Positions 1-9,920 of a stretch of 64,000 bases of DNA are shown piece after piece (within the stretch, counting starts at the first letter, position 1; every line of letters starts with the position of its first letter). A model generated the notes under the pieces. The model had not been told where the DNA came from. It ran no database searches and was given only the letters and a program-made list of their open reading frames with translations. Position numbers and translations under genes: made by a program. The DNA lies in the NCBI GenBank assembly GCA_018695135.1, contig JABHOV010000059.1:12133-76132 (forward strand), read 5' to 3'. This DNA comes from Candidatus Melainabacteria bacterium. Its GTDB lineage: Bacteria; Cyanobacteriota; Vampirovibrionia; LMEP-6097.

Positions 1-466
1 TGCCCTTGCCGCTACCGATATCAATTTGATAATCCTCAAGCGCTGGATATAACAGCTCTTCGGTGATTTTATTCAAGCGATGAATCTCATCAATAAAAAT
101 CACATCACCATCATTGGCTGACATCAATATCCCCAGAATATCTTTGGGACGTTCAAGCGCTGGTGCCGAAAAAATCTTGGCTTCTGTGCCAAGTTCACTA
201 GCAAGTAAATAAGCAAGTGAGGTTTTGCCAAGTCCTGGAGGTCCGTAAAGCAGTAGATGTCCAAGACTAGAGATGTCTTTGCGTTTTTTGGCAGCACTTA
301 TTGAGATTTTGAGGCTTTTGATTAGTTCTTTTTGACCAATATACTCATCAAAATTGTGTGGTCTAAGATTGTTACCACTCTTATTTTCAATACTCAGGTC
401 GACTTTAGTTGGCTCAGCCTTAAGTAAACTGCTGCTGGATTCTTGATGTGATGAGTTGATAGCCAC
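1..466 (-). CDS. ruvB: Holliday junction helicase RuvB, N-terminal part (gene continues beyond window edge); GTG start at 466 preceded by in-frame TAA
   Basis: Reverse translation gives ...[84 protein letters not shown]: Walker A, sensor and arginine-finger region typical of RuvB. Confidence 0.85.
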   Translation of the reverse strand, partial: MAINSSHQESSSSLLKAEPTKVDLSIENKSGNNLRPHNFDEYIGQKELIKSLKISISAAKKRKDISSLGHLLLYGPPGLGKTSLAYLLASELGTEAKIFSAPALERPKDILGILMSANDGDVIFIDEIHRLNKITEELLYPALEDYQIDIGSGKG

Positions 467-508
467 TTATGTATGTAAGTATAGCATGGATTTGCCCAAA
501 ATGAGGTA

Positions 509-538
509 TTGACAGGTTGGAGAGAGTCGTATTATTAT
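509..538 (+). promoter_or_regulatory. Near-consensus sigma70-type promoter: TTGACA (509-514), 17-18 bp spacer, TATTAT (533-538)
   Basis: Read directly in sequence; lies between divergent ruvB start and downstream ORF. Confidence 0.45.
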
Positions 539-544
539 GTAAAT

Positions 545-1189
545 ATGCCTTATATTTCTCCAAGAATATTAAATCATTTAAAGAGTCAGAGGGGTTTGAC
601 CCCAGGGCTCTATCTCGGTAGGGATGCTTCGGATGGCGCACCGGGTCTATCACAGCCTAATAGGCGTGAAGTACTTGCTTTGGCTGGAGCAGGAGCACTT
701 GGAATTGGCTCATTGACATGGAACGATAATCTGGCAGAAGATGCTTTATTAGAACCAATTAAAACTGATATAGAAGCTGCTAGTCCAGTACAAAATCAAA
801 AAGCGTTGAGTAGAATTTTGGGCTTGATTGCAGACCGTGGAGATGACAAAAGCTTTATGGTTAAGCTTGCAGCTATGAGTTCTGACTTGAATTTAAGTCC
901 ATTTCTAAGAAAAGATGAGACTAGAGCTGGAGCAATTGATCCAAGATTGACTGACGCTAGTTTGAGGTCATTAATTATGAATGGAGATTTTGCAGCAACG
1001 GCAAGAACGATCCAAGCTATTGGTGCTAATGACTCTACAGAGTCAATGGCGATGAAAGCTCAAGTTATGTATGCGCTCAAGTCAATAATTGCTCCTGTAC
1101 AAATTAAGGATGCAAGGATTTCTGATGAGGGAGATCCAGCGAGAATGGCTTTGCAGAATGCTTTCAAGGCGCGCAGTGAGCAAGACTAG
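545..1189 (+). CDS. Hypothetical protein with possible twin-arginine (Tat) signal (..NRREVLALAGAGALGIGSL..); start uncertain (ATG 545 directly after -10 box, or TTG 596 behind GAGGGG SD)
   Basis: Long ORF; the six-frame start at 509 overlaps the promoter hexamers so was moved. Confidence 0.4.
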   Translation: MPYISPRILNHLKSQRGLTPGLYLGRDASDGAPGLSQPNRREVLALAGAGALGIGSLTWNDNLAEDALLEPIKTDIEAASPVQNQKALSRILGLIADRGDDKSFMVKLAAMSSDLNLSPFLRKDETRAGAIDPRLTDASLRSLIMNGDFAATARTIQAIGANDSTESMAMKAQVMYALKSIIAPVQIKDARISDEGDPARMALQNAFKARSEQD

Positions 1190-1195
1190 GGTTAC

Positions 1196-1849
1196 TTAAG
1201 CTGTTTGTGTAGCTGAGTGGTGACCTAATTGTCTAAGTAAATATGGCTTAGCTTTCATCGTATCTTGTAATTGTCCATCACTTTGCATGCTTTGTTTGAT
1301 AGTTTTTTGATGTCGTTCTGGGTTGATAGCGAGTAGTGGCTGTACTATTGCTTGGAATTTACTTTGAAGTTTTTGAGCTGTTTCTATAACGAAGTTGTGA
1401 TTAATTTGTTCAACTGGATAGTGATTAATAAGGTTGTCAAACCAGCTGAGGGTAATAAAGGCTGCATTAGCAAGTTGATTTAGGCTGTGGGCTGTTTGCA
1501 TTTTTGCTGAGTTTGAGTCTTGGGCTGCTATTGGAAACTTGATGTAGTTTGGAAAAGCTACTTGTGAGCGAGATTGGTTTTCTACGATCTGCTCTAGTCC
1601 TGAACTTATTCCTTCAGTAAAAGTATTTATATCAGCAGGATCGAATGATTCACCATGCCTGTCTTGATGTAGTCCTTCAATCAGCTGTGTCATTTGTATT
1701 AAGTCCGCTTCTACTGTCTCTGGGTTTTGGTCTTCAGGATGATAATGATATCCAAGCCCAGATCTAGTTGCTAGTTCTTCAATTGCTCCAAGTTTGGGCA
1801 AGAGATCAATAACTCTCTGGAAGGCTTGCGGGAAAGTTGTTGTTTGCAT
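1196..1849 (-). CDS. Hypothetical protein, 217 aa, no recognisable motif
   Basis: Long ORF tightly packed between neighbours. Confidence 0.4.
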   Translation of the reverse strand: MQTTTFPQAFQRVIDLLPKLGAIEELATRSGLGYHYHPEDQNPETVEADLIQMTQLIEGLHQDRHGESFDPADINTFTEGISSGLEQIVENQSRSQVAFPNYIKFPIAAQDSNSAKMQTAHSLNQLANAAFITLSWFDNLINHYPVEQINHNFVIETAQKLQSKFQAIVQPLLAINPERHQKTIKQSMQSDGQLQDTMKAKPYLLRQLGHHSATQTA

Positions 1850-1871
1850 ATTTCAATTATAACGTAAAGCG

Positions 1872-2927
1872 TTACTGTGTAGGGTATTGAATTGATTCTA
1901 GAAGTTTGTCAGTACGAGTAGTTTCATTAAACTCTTGATAGAGAACGGATTTAAGCCTTGATTTAGTCTTGGGATTTTTGAAGAAAAATATTCTCATCAA
2001 CTGAGAGTCTTTAGCCAGCAAGGCTTCCATGCCTTGAGCTTCCATTGCTCTAATAATCAATAGTTCATTAGTTTCATGCGCGCAGCAATTGCCATATAGA
2101 TCAAAACAAAGATCTGCAGATCTGGCTTCGAGCATCTCTGCTACAAAAATAAATCCTTGATCATCAAGTAGCTTACTGAGATTCTTAGTCATGTCTATTG
2201 CTTCATAGTTAAAAAGTTGTTCTTCTGTGCCATCTAGATACTTGAAGTATTTTTGTTCCAGATCCGAGGCTGCTTTAATATCATAGTTTTGCCAGCGTCT
2301 TTCCATGATCATTTGCTGTAGTGGGTAAGGACTTGGAACTTGGTCAAGGGCTTCTTGAAGTCTGACTTGCATTTTTTCAAAACTAGCATCTGCATTGCGT
2401 TTGAGTGGTAGCATCGCGAGTGCATCATAAACATAGTTCATGCTGATCATTGAGAATTGTCCTAATGACGTTGGTAAATTAAGCGCATCAAGTTCCAGAA
2501 AATCATAATGCCCGTCAAATTCTTTCAAGACTTTGTTGTTTTGGATATCTTCAAGGGCTTGTTTGCTTAGGTCACTGACTGTGATATGGATACGGTCAAG
2601 AATCTCAAGCTCGCGAGCTGCAACTAATATATTTTTGGCAAATAGTCCCTGCCCGGAACCAATATCTAAAATAGTAATTTTGTGATCAGCTGGATAGTTT
2701 GCCAGATTTGCTTTGAGGATTTCCATCAGGCTCGCTGCGTGAGCAAGACTATTGGTCAATGCGTTTGGGATTGGATAAGGGTGTTCTTGTTGGTAGATTT
2801 GGCTGCCATTCTCTATGTAGTATTGATTGCTACATAGTATGGATTTGTTGTAATCAGTCCAATCTTGGACTAGTTTGAGCTCCATAGCAGCCATGATATC
2901 ATTGCAATAGATGGCAGTGAAAACCAA
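1872..2927 (-). CDS. Class I SAM-dependent methyltransferase
   Basis: Motif I ILDIGSGQGLF followed by acidic residue pattern of Rossmann MTases. Confidence 0.6.
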   Translation of the reverse strand: MVFTAIYCNDIMAAMELKLVQDWTDYNKSILCSNQYYIENGSQIYQQEHPYPIPNALTNSLAHAASLMEILKANLANYPADHKITILDIGSGQGLFAKNILVAARELEILDRIHITVSDLSKQALEDIQNNKVLKEFDGHYDFLELDALNLPTSLGQFSMISMNYVYDALAMLPLKRNADASFEKMQVRLQEALDQVPSPYPLQQMIMERRWQNYDIKAASDLEQKYFKYLDGTEEQLFNYEAIDMTKNLSKLLDDQGFIFVAEMLEARSADLCFDLYGNCCAHETNELLIIRAMEAQGMEALLAKDSQLMRIFFFKNPKTKSRLKSVLYQEFNETTRTDKLLESIQYPTQ

Positions 2928-4188
2928 TCAAGATATACAAACTAGTTCTGGCTTCTTTATAAATGAGCTTGCCAATTCAAGCCATGTTTTTGCACCGATT
3001 GCAACGAAGATCTTGAACCAAGAGCGAGTGAGTTATGACGAGGGTGTCCAATTAATTCAATCAACCGAGCTTTTTCTTCTAGGGCATATGGCCAACTTTG
3101 TTCGTGAGCGTAAGGCTTATCAAACGGCAATTGCTCGTGGTTTTGATGAAGCGACTGCAGTTAAACGAATGACTCAAGTTTGGTGGAATACCAACTTGCA
3201 TCTTAACCCGACCAATGTCTGTATTGGCGAATGTGATTTTTGTTCTTTTGCCCGTAAACCTAATGAAGAGGGTGCTTACACCATGACTATCCGCGAAGCG
3301 CTTGATAGAGTGGCAATAGCAAGATCAGAAGGTGCCACTGAAGTTCATATAGTTGGTGGTTTAAACCCCAAGACTTTGGTTGAATACTATAGTGATTTGA
3401 TTCGAGCAATTAAGGCAGATAGTCCTGGAATTCACGTTAAGGCTTTTACCGCTGTTGAAATAGAATTTTTTGCCAAGTTTACGAAGACCTCTTATGAAGA
3501 GATTTTTAAAACATTGATTGAAGCAGGGCTTGATAGTATGCCTGGTGGCGGGGCTGAGATATTTTCTCGTCAGGTGCGCGATGAGATGTGCCCGGATAAA
3601 ATCCCCGCCGATGAATGGATTAAGATTCACCAAGTTGCTCACCAAATGGGTTTGCGGACCAACGCTACCATGCTTGCAGGGATTGGTGAGGAAGCTCATG
3701 AGCGTGTCGAGCATTTGGATATTTTACGTAAAGCACAAGATGAGAGTCTTGCGATATTGCAAGCTCAGGGCAGTCTGGAAGCCAATCAAAAGGGCTCCTC
3801 TGGAGCCTGGCAAACATTTATTCCTTTGTCTTGTCATTATGAAGGTAATGATTTACTTGAGCGCGGTGTAAAACCTCTTACTGGCTACGATCAACTCAAA
3901 AATATTGCTGTTTCAAGAATCATGCTCGACAATTTTGACAATATCAAGGCTTATTGGATTCAACTTGGCGAGAAGATGGCACAACTTGCATTGAGTTTTG
4001 GAGCGAATGATCTTGACGGTACGGTCAAGGCTGAGAGAATTACTCGGGCTGCTGGTGCTAATAAAAGATCACTTGCTGAAGAAAATCTCGAGAATCTTAT
4101 TCAAGGAGCGGGTTTTGAAGCTATTGAAAGAGATACTACTTATAATCCAATTGAATTGAGCGAGCATAGAGTGCTTGTTAATCATTAG
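2911..4188 (+). CDS. Radical SAM enzyme of the MqnE/MqnC/CofH family (aminofutalosine synthase or cyclic dehypoxanthine-futalosine synthase; CofH not excluded)
   Basis: NPTNVCIGECDFCSF CxxxCxxC cluster, TEVHIVGG, NATML, FIPL, C-terminal GANDLDGTV motif typical of this family. Confidence 0.7.
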   Translation: MAVKTNQDIQTSSGFFINELANSSHVFAPIATKILNQERVSYDEGVQLIQSTELFLLGHMANFVRERKAYQTAIARGFDEATAVKRMTQVWWNTNLHLNPTNVCIGECDFCSFARKPNEEGAYTMTIREALDRVAIARSEGATEVHIVGGLNPKTLVEYYSDLIRAIKADSPGIHVKAFTAVEIEFFAKFTKTSYEEIFKTLIEAGLDSMPGGGAEIFSRQVRDEMCPDKIPADEWIKIHQVAHQMGLRTNATMLAGIGEEAHERVEHLDILRKAQDESLAILQAQGSLEANQKGSSGAWQTFIPLSCHYEGNDLLERGVKPLTGYDQLKNIAVSRIMLDNFDNIKAYWIQLGEKMAQLALSFGANDLDGTVKAERITRAAGANKRSLAEENLENLIQGAGFEAIERDTTYNPIELSEHRVLVNH

Positions 4189-4234
4189 ACTTTCTTGGTT
4201 TGCTAGATCCCCTCTATTGCTATAATCATTCCCT

Positions 4235-5065
4235 ATGAAAGAACTTCACGTTAATATCGATCACGTTGCGACACTGAGACAGGCTCGTCAAACTGTTGAA
4301 CCTAGCCCACTTGAAGCGGTCAAGCTTTTGGAGATGAGTAAGGCTGCTGGTATTACTACTCACTTGCGTGAGGATAGACGTCATATTAATGATCAGGATA
4401 TTAAAGAGATTGATCAATATTTGAGATCATCTCGTTTGTCTTTGACTTTTGAGATGGGCGCCACTGAAGAGATTCGCCAAATATGTTTGACTACTGAAGC
4501 GAAGCTCGCAACGATAGTCCCTGAGAAGCGCGAGGAGTTAACAACAGAAGGTGGCTTGAACGTTTCTAACCAAAAACAGTTTTTGTCTGAGTTTATAAAA
4601 CCAATTATGGACAATGGAACCAAGATTTCTTTTTTTGTAGATCCTGTTGAAGAGCAGATTGCTTCTAGTAAAGAAATAGGAGCTGCTTTTGTTGAAATTC
4701 ATACAGGTACTTATGCCAACCTGTTTATTCAATATCATGCCGATAGAGCTAATTATTTATTAGCTCGAGATTTAATGCCACTTGCTTTCAATGATTTAGT
4801 GAAGCCAGTTCAAGATGAGCTATTGAGAATCGATGCCGCTATGAAATTTGCTCAAGAGCTTGGGCTCAAAACTAATTTGGGACATGGTTTGACGATTCCT
4901 AATTTGCCACCATTGTTAGAGAAGCTAGAGTCGATTAGAGAATTGCATATTGGGCACTCACTAATTGCCAACAGTGTTTATTTCGGTTTGATAGATATTA
5001 CAGACAAGTTTAGTCGGGTTTTGCGAAGTTCTAATTGCCCATCTCTTTTAGCATTGCATCAGTAG
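4235..5065 (+). CDS. pdxJ: Pyridoxine 5'-phosphate synthase
   Basis: NIDHVATLRQAR, HLREDRRHI, IHTG motifs. Confidence 0.9.
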   Translation: MKELHVNIDHVATLRQARQTVEPSPLEAVKLLEMSKAAGITTHLREDRRHINDQDIKEIDQYLRSSRLSLTFEMGATEEIRQICLTTEAKLATIVPEKREELTTEGGLNVSNQKQFLSEFIKPIMDNGTKISFFVDPVEEQIASSKEIGAAFVEIHTGTYANLFIQYHADRANYLLARDLMPLAFNDLVKPVQDELLRIDAAMKFAQELGLKTNLGHGLTIPNLPPLLEKLESIRELHIGHSLIANSVYFGLIDITDKFSRVLRSSNCPSLLALHQ

Positions 5066-5906
5066 CAAGATGTTCTGGATAAATACTTACTCCGCCGACA
5101 CCTAGTTCTTTGGCTACGCGCATTGAGATTTTGACCTCTTCACTATTGGTTCTATCACCATCAGTGATTAAGTGGATTCTAAGGTCGTCTCTTTTGGTTA
5201 ATTTACGAAGCCCTATAATACTGTCTTTGACGAAGTTGTAGACAGTGTCATGGTCGCGGTTCTTGAGTCCATGCCAGTAAGTCATTGGCATCAATACATC
5301 CCAGTTGGCTGCCATGTATTCCCAAGGATATTTGCTTTTGATTTCTGGAGAAAAGACTATTGCAATAGTTGGATAGTCAGCTGGGATTTGCGCTTTGATT
5401 TTTTGAGTATAACTTTTGACTGCCCAGAGTGCGGTGTTTTCTTCTATGTCAGCTGCCATACCATCAAGGCTTTCACCATCCTTGCTGACATAAAGTGCTG
5501 GTTCTACAAATTTGCGAACGTCAGTTGGAATATCTCGAAGGTAGCAGTAAGTCCAGCCTATGACTTTAATATCACGCTTGTGAGCTGCTTTGAGAATTTC
5601 ATCAACACCATCTTGTAATTTAAAAATGTCAGTTGTTGACCTATTGACTTGAAGATAAATTGTATCCATATCGAACTTGTCGAGTCTGTCCATAAATGCG
5701 TTAACGTCTTGGGGATAATTCCAAACATTGACCCAAACACCTCTGCCTTCCATCACCGCTTCTTTCAGATCATGATGTGGAGCGAGTTCTTTGAGTTGGT
5801 AGCTTTTTAAAGAAATTGGTTTTTGAATTGCTAGCGCGGGGCTTGTTAGTAGCAGCGCTAAAAGTAGGTTGAGGAGGATTGGCATTATAGATATTATACC
5901 CAGCAT
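5031..5906 (-). CDS. Secreted glycoside-hydrolase-like TIM-barrel protein (GHL10/DUF4015-like); start moved to Met of signal peptide MLGIISIMPILLNLLLALLLTSPALA
   Basis: Signal peptide plus GVWVN..IYLQV pattern; six-frame start at 5996 lies inside palindromic element. Confidence 0.45.
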   Translation of the reverse strand: MLGIISIMPILLNLLLALLLTSPALAIQKPISLKSYQLKELAPHHDLKEAVMEGRGVWVNVWNYPQDVNAFMDRLDKFDMDTIYLQVNRSTTDIFKLQDGVDEILKAAHKRDIKVIGWTYCYLRDIPTDVRKFVEPALYVSKDGESLDGMAADIEENTALWAVKSYTQKIKAQIPADYPTIAIVFSPEIKSKYPWEYMAANWDVLMPMTYWHGLKNRDHDTVYNFVKDSIIGLRKLTKRDDLRIHLITDGDRTNSEEVKISMRVAKELGVGGVSIYPEHLATDAMLKEMGN

Positions 5907-5910
5907 TTCT

Positions 5911-6032
5911 CCACCCACGTTGAGCCTTGCACTTCTTAACAGATAATTGCACTTTGATATACAGACTCCACCTTGACTTTGTCTGCGGGCATGCAATTAT
6001 CTGTTAAGAAGTGCAAGGCTCAACGTGGGTGG
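5911..6032. repeat. 122-bp perfect palindromic element, 41-bp arms with termini CCACCCACGTTGAGCCTT / AAGGCTCAACGTGGGTGG (family 4, copy A)
   Basis: Arms 5911-5951 and 5992-6032 are exact reverse complements. Confidence 0.9.
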
Positions 6033-7403
6033 CTATACCAAGCTAGTAACAAACTTAGTAATCAAGCCAAGATAAACCATAAATGTAATGATATCGATGG
6101 TGGTGGTGATTAATGGACCGCTTGCGACAGCTGGATCCATATCAAGCTTCTTGAATAAGAATGGAGTGATAGTACCAAAGGCAACGGCAAGCATCATGGA
6201 AATAATCAATGATAGCCCGATGAGAAAAGAGAGAGTTGGATTGTGGTAAGAAAAGAATGACATTAGTCCAGTAATCACCGCGCAAGTAAGTCCAATACTA
6301 AAACTAATAATCAGTTCGTGAACCAGTATCTGAGAGCTTTTACCAACTTGAATTTCACCAGTGGAAATCCCACGAACGATAATGGTAGAACTTTGGTTAC
6401 CCAAATTCCCTGATAGTCCAGAGAGTAATGGCATGAAGGATATAGCAATGGGGATTGCCATGATTGTTGCATCATAACTAGCAATTAAAGAAGCTGCCAA
6501 GTATTGACCAAGCAAGGTGATGATGATCCAGGGAGTTCTTGCTTTGTAGGCACTCGCATATTCTTTAACCAAGGATGTGACTACGTTTGAGCTGTCTTCC
6601 GTTTCAACATTAATACCACTTGATTGATAAATATCTTCAGTCGTTTCATCTTCGATAACTTCAAAGGCGTCATCAATAGTGATGATACCGACTAGCTGGT
6701 CATGATCATTGATAACGGGCACGGCAAGGAATTTATATTTGGCAAATAAATCTGCAGCAAGTTCTTGGTCATCATTAGCATGAACAGCAATGACTTCTGT
6801 GTTCATGTGCATTGCTACTGTATCCGTATCTGCAGCTAAGAATAATTCTCTTAGGCTCATGATCCCTACAAGCTCACCAAATCTTTTGGTGACAAAAATA
6901 TACATGATCTCAATATCTTCTTCGCGTGCTTTGAGTCTTACGTAACGCAGTGAAGCAGCAATTTTGAGGTCTTCACGAACACTAATGAAACTAGGTTTCA
7001 TGATACCACCACAGGTATCTGGATCATGACACAGTAGTTCTTTGATTTCAAATGGTCTTTGAATATTTTCCAAGATGCGCATCATGCGATCATCGTCAAG
7101 TAAGCTGACGATATCAGCGGCATCATCCAGTTCCATGTTGTTGGTGAATTTAGTTATTTGTTCATCGGATAAAGTTTGCATCACTTCTTCAATATCGTGA
7201 TTCTCTAGTTCAACCAGAACTTCAGCTCCCTGTTTGTAAGAAAGAATATCGAAGAGATGGGCTTTTTTGTTTTGCTCAAGATTGTGATATTCTTCTGCAA
7301 TATCTTGTGGGAAGAATTCATCTAAAACCGCGCGCAACTCTTTAAGATCGCAATCATCGATCTCGCTGAGTATATTGTTTAAATTGAGGGGGTTTTGGGG
7401 CAT
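6033..7403 (-). CDS. mgtE: Magnesium transporter MgtE
   Basis: N-terminal MgtE_N, tandem CBS and C-terminal TM MgtE domain residues (GNLGNQSSTIIVRG, PLITTTIDI). Confidence 0.9.
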   Translation of the reverse strand: MPQNPLNLNNILSEIDDCDLKELRAVLDEFFPQDIAEEYHNLEQNKKAHLFDILSYKQGAEVLVELENHDIEEVMQTLSDEQITKFTNNMELDDAADIVSLLDDDRMMRILENIQRPFEIKELLCHDPDTCGGIMKPSFISVREDLKIAASLRYVRLKAREEDIEIMYIFVTKRFGELVGIMSLRELFLAADTDTVAMHMNTEVIAVHANDDQELAADLFAKYKFLAVPVINDHDQLVGIITIDDAFEVIEDETTEDIYQSSGINVETEDSSNVVTSLVKEYASAYKARTPWIIITLLGQYLAASLIASYDATIMAIPIAISFMPLLSGLSGNLGNQSSTIIVRGISTGEIQVGKSSQILVHELIISFSIGLTCAVITGLMSFFSYHNPTLSFLIGLSLIISMMLAVAFGTITPFLFKKLDMDPAVASGPLITTTIDIITFMVYLGLITKFVTSLV

Positions 7404-7619
7404 CCAATAATCCTATATACATTAAGCCACGAGCACCATCCTAGCAAAACGCTTAGAGAGAGATGGGTGATCTTATCCTGATAGGGAACCATTTCCAGTA
7501 AAAAGCACGAGACTAATATAAAATACTGATTGAGACTTGGTAAAGTTGTTAAGAATGGGACTAGATAAAAGGAGTCATAACTGGGTAATCTGGTAAATAG
7601 AATTTTAATTGGCTTAGCT

Positions 7620-8468
7620 TTGATTGCTTTTGCTTTTTGTGCAGTTTATTTTGGTCCGGTTTTTTGGGCTCTGGTAATTTTGCTTTTTAGTATTCTTGCT
7701 TACCAAGAGTTTAAAGCGCTTTGTAATAATCTTGGAGTTTTTCCACAAGACTCTTGGATTTATTTTTTTGTTACGGTTTTTATTCTTGCACCACTTTTGA
7801 TTGGTAACGCTCATGACACTGGAATTGTTTATACTTTCTTGCTGACAACTGTTATTGCAGCTTATGTAATTATTTTTCCGCGTATCTTGCTGAAAAAAGA
7901 TTACACGAGGTTTGAAGATCTCACAGCTTCACTTTGGGCAATATTTCAGTTTGGTTTATTACCTTCTTTTTTTACTTGGATTCGTTTGATGGACCACGGT
8001 TTTGAGTATACGCTTTTGATGGTTTTAGTAATCTCAGCAAATGATGTTGGCTCTTTATTGTTCGGTCGTCTTTTTGGCAAAACACCACTTGCCCCTCGCA
8101 TCAGCCCGAATAAAACTGTCACTGGAAGTCTTGGTGGTTTATTTTCTGCCGTGTTGGCTTTTTACGGATTGATCATTTATTGGGGTTTTGATTTAAGTTC
8201 TGTTTTTGCAGATTCTTGTATTGCACCTTTTTATCAGGCATTAGATTCTTTTACTAATGCCAAGCTAGTTGTTTTAATCGTGCTTGGTTTGTTGTTTGCA
8301 ATTGTTGCCCAGATTGGTGACTTGATGGTAAGTGCTTTGAAGCGAGCAGCCGGAGTTAAGGATTCTGGGACATTGCTACTTTCACATGGCGGCATTTTAG
8401 ATAGAATAGATAGCCATTTCTTTGCAGTTTGGTTTGCTTATTTTATATTTGCATATCTACTGTCCTAA
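7620..8468 (+). CDS. cdsA: Phosphatidate cytidylyltransferase (TTG start)
   Basis: ISPNKTVTGSLGG and GDLMVSALKRAAGVKDSGTLLLSHGGILDRIDS signature. Confidence 0.85.
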   Translation: MIAFAFCAVYFGPVFWALVILLFSILAYQEFKALCNNLGVFPQDSWIYFFVTVFILAPLLIGNAHDTGIVYTFLLTTVIAAYVIIFPRILLKKDYTRFEDLTASLWAIFQFGLLPSFFTWIRLMDHGFEYTLLMVLVISANDVGSLLFGRLFGKTPLAPRISPNKTVTGSLGGLFSAVLAFYGLIIYWGFDLSSVFADSCIAPFYQALDSFTNAKLVVLIVLGLLFAIVAQIGDLMVSALKRAAGVKDSGTLLLSHGGILDRIDSHFFAVWFAYFIFAYLLS

Positions 8469-8519
8469 TCTGTTAATATATATAACGGATTTCTTCTGAG
8501 ATCTAAATAAACAAAGAAG

Positions 8520-9623
8520 ATGGACCAAACTACCATCGATGTGCAAACTATGCCTGCATTGCTCAAGCGGCCGAGTGCAGAATTTGTTGTGCCAGAAAAT
8601 AAGGCTGAGCTTGCTGATGAGAATTTTCAAATAGTACTTAAACCAGAAACATCAAACCCAAAGGCATTTCATCAAATAGAACAGCCAATCAATCTCAAGC
8701 CAAAAGCCAAAGTTGATGACCGTGCTTTATTACACAAGCTTTTGGTCGAACCTAATCATAGGAATATTTTTATCAGTTCGATTAATGCACTCTTGCATGT
8801 TATTGCCACCATCACATCATTTGATAAATCAACTGCTGGTTCATTAATGACAAGTGTACACAAAGTTTCTAATGATGCTGCATTTTTATTTAGTCAATGG
8901 ATTGCTCCAATTGTCTCTTATGGTTCTGCTGCTCTTGAAGCGTTCAAAAATAAAAAACCAATTGAGGCTTTTTTGAAATTGGTACCACCTGCATTTTTGC
9001 CTTTTGTTGCTAAAGCCAATATTGATACTGTCTATGGTAGTAGTACAGGCTTTAACCAGCCCTATGACATGGTTGTACAACGCATTGAAGAAAAATCAGA
9101 AAGTTCTGCTAACTACGCTAAGTATGCCAAGCAAGCCAATAGTACTTATACTGGCAATATCAAACTGACTTGGGAAGTATTTAAAGAACTTGTCAACGAG
9201 TTTGTACAAGGCAAGATGGATCCAAAGAAAGGAATATTTTTTATTAATTGCCCTATGATTCTTGCTGGTGCTTTACCAATTATGCTTTTTGCTAGGCAAG
9301 CTCGCGATACTTTATTAGCTAGATCTTTAGGTCTATTGAGAAATGCTGGTGGAATTCTTGGTGACATTGGTTGGATTTGGGGTGAGCCGGATAATCCATA
9401 TAAATTGACTGGTGGTATTTTATGTATGATTGGCGCTTGTGCTGATGTCGTTAAGCGTTGGGTTAGTGATGATACTTCAAGGGTCTTAATACATCTTGGC
9501 TCAGCTTTGAATGTATCAGCCTACGCCCTTTGGAATACTTTTAATGGTAAGAAAAATACAGAAAACCCTGTAAATGCTGCGGTTTTGCAAGCTGCAGAAG
9601 CACACGCTGAAAACTGGGTATAA
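8520..9623 (+). CDS. Hypothetical protein 367 aa
   Basis: Long ORF, no motif recognised. Confidence 0.4.
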   Translation: MDQTTIDVQTMPALLKRPSAEFVVPENKAELADENFQIVLKPETSNPKAFHQIEQPINLKPKAKVDDRALLHKLLVEPNHRNIFISSINALLHVIATITSFDKSTAGSLMTSVHKVSNDAAFLFSQWIAPIVSYGSAALEAFKNKKPIEAFLKLVPPAFLPFVAKANIDTVYGSSTGFNQPYDMVVQRIEEKSESSANYAKYAKQANSTYTGNIKLTWEVFKELVNEFVQGKMDPKKGIFFINCPMILAGALPIMLFARQARDTLLARSLGLLRNAGGILGDIGWIWGEPDNPYKLTGGILCMIGACADVVKRWVSDDTSRVLIHLGSALNVSAYALWNTFNGKKNTENPVNAAVLQAAEAHAENWV

Positions 9624-9649
9624 GATAAGAGTGCCTGTAGGGAGGGTGA

Positions 9650-9912
9650 CTTTGCGAATTATTATTGTTTTATTGTTGATTTTACTGGCCCAGGGCCCAG
9701 CACTTGCCTTTAACCCTGTTAAGTTAGTGTTCAAAGTTCCGTTTACTGTTGTCAAACTTGCAACGAAGGTCGCTTACAAAGTTGTTTCAGTGCCAGTTAA
9801 AGTAGCAATGACTACAGTCAAGACTGGAGTGAAAGCTACAGCTGCTGACAAGGTCGCTGTTTTTGCAATCAAGCATGCTCCTTATAAAGATCTTGCTTTT
9901 TTAGCTTTATAA
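9650..9912 (+). CDS. Small secreted Val/Lys-repeat protein (start guessed at TTG 9650 behind GGGAGG SD)
   Basis: Signal-like IIIVLLLILLAQGPALA then repetitive VK-rich segment. Confidence 0.3.
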
Positions 9913-9920
9913 TTACTTCT

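Noticed and set aside
420-653. 77-aa minus-strand ORF overlapping the ruvB start and the downstream promoter.
   Set aside because: It conflicts with the RuvB frame and the TTGACA/TATTAT promoter, and has no motif.
3361-3871. Antisense or alternate-frame ORFs inside the radical SAM gene. Similar nested ORFs occur at 4414-4738, 5250-5952, 33270-34242, 40276-43088, 54408-54917 and 59609-60999.
   Set aside because: They lie wholly within well-supported genes on the other strand or frame, have no motifs, and are typical AT-rich spurious ORFs.
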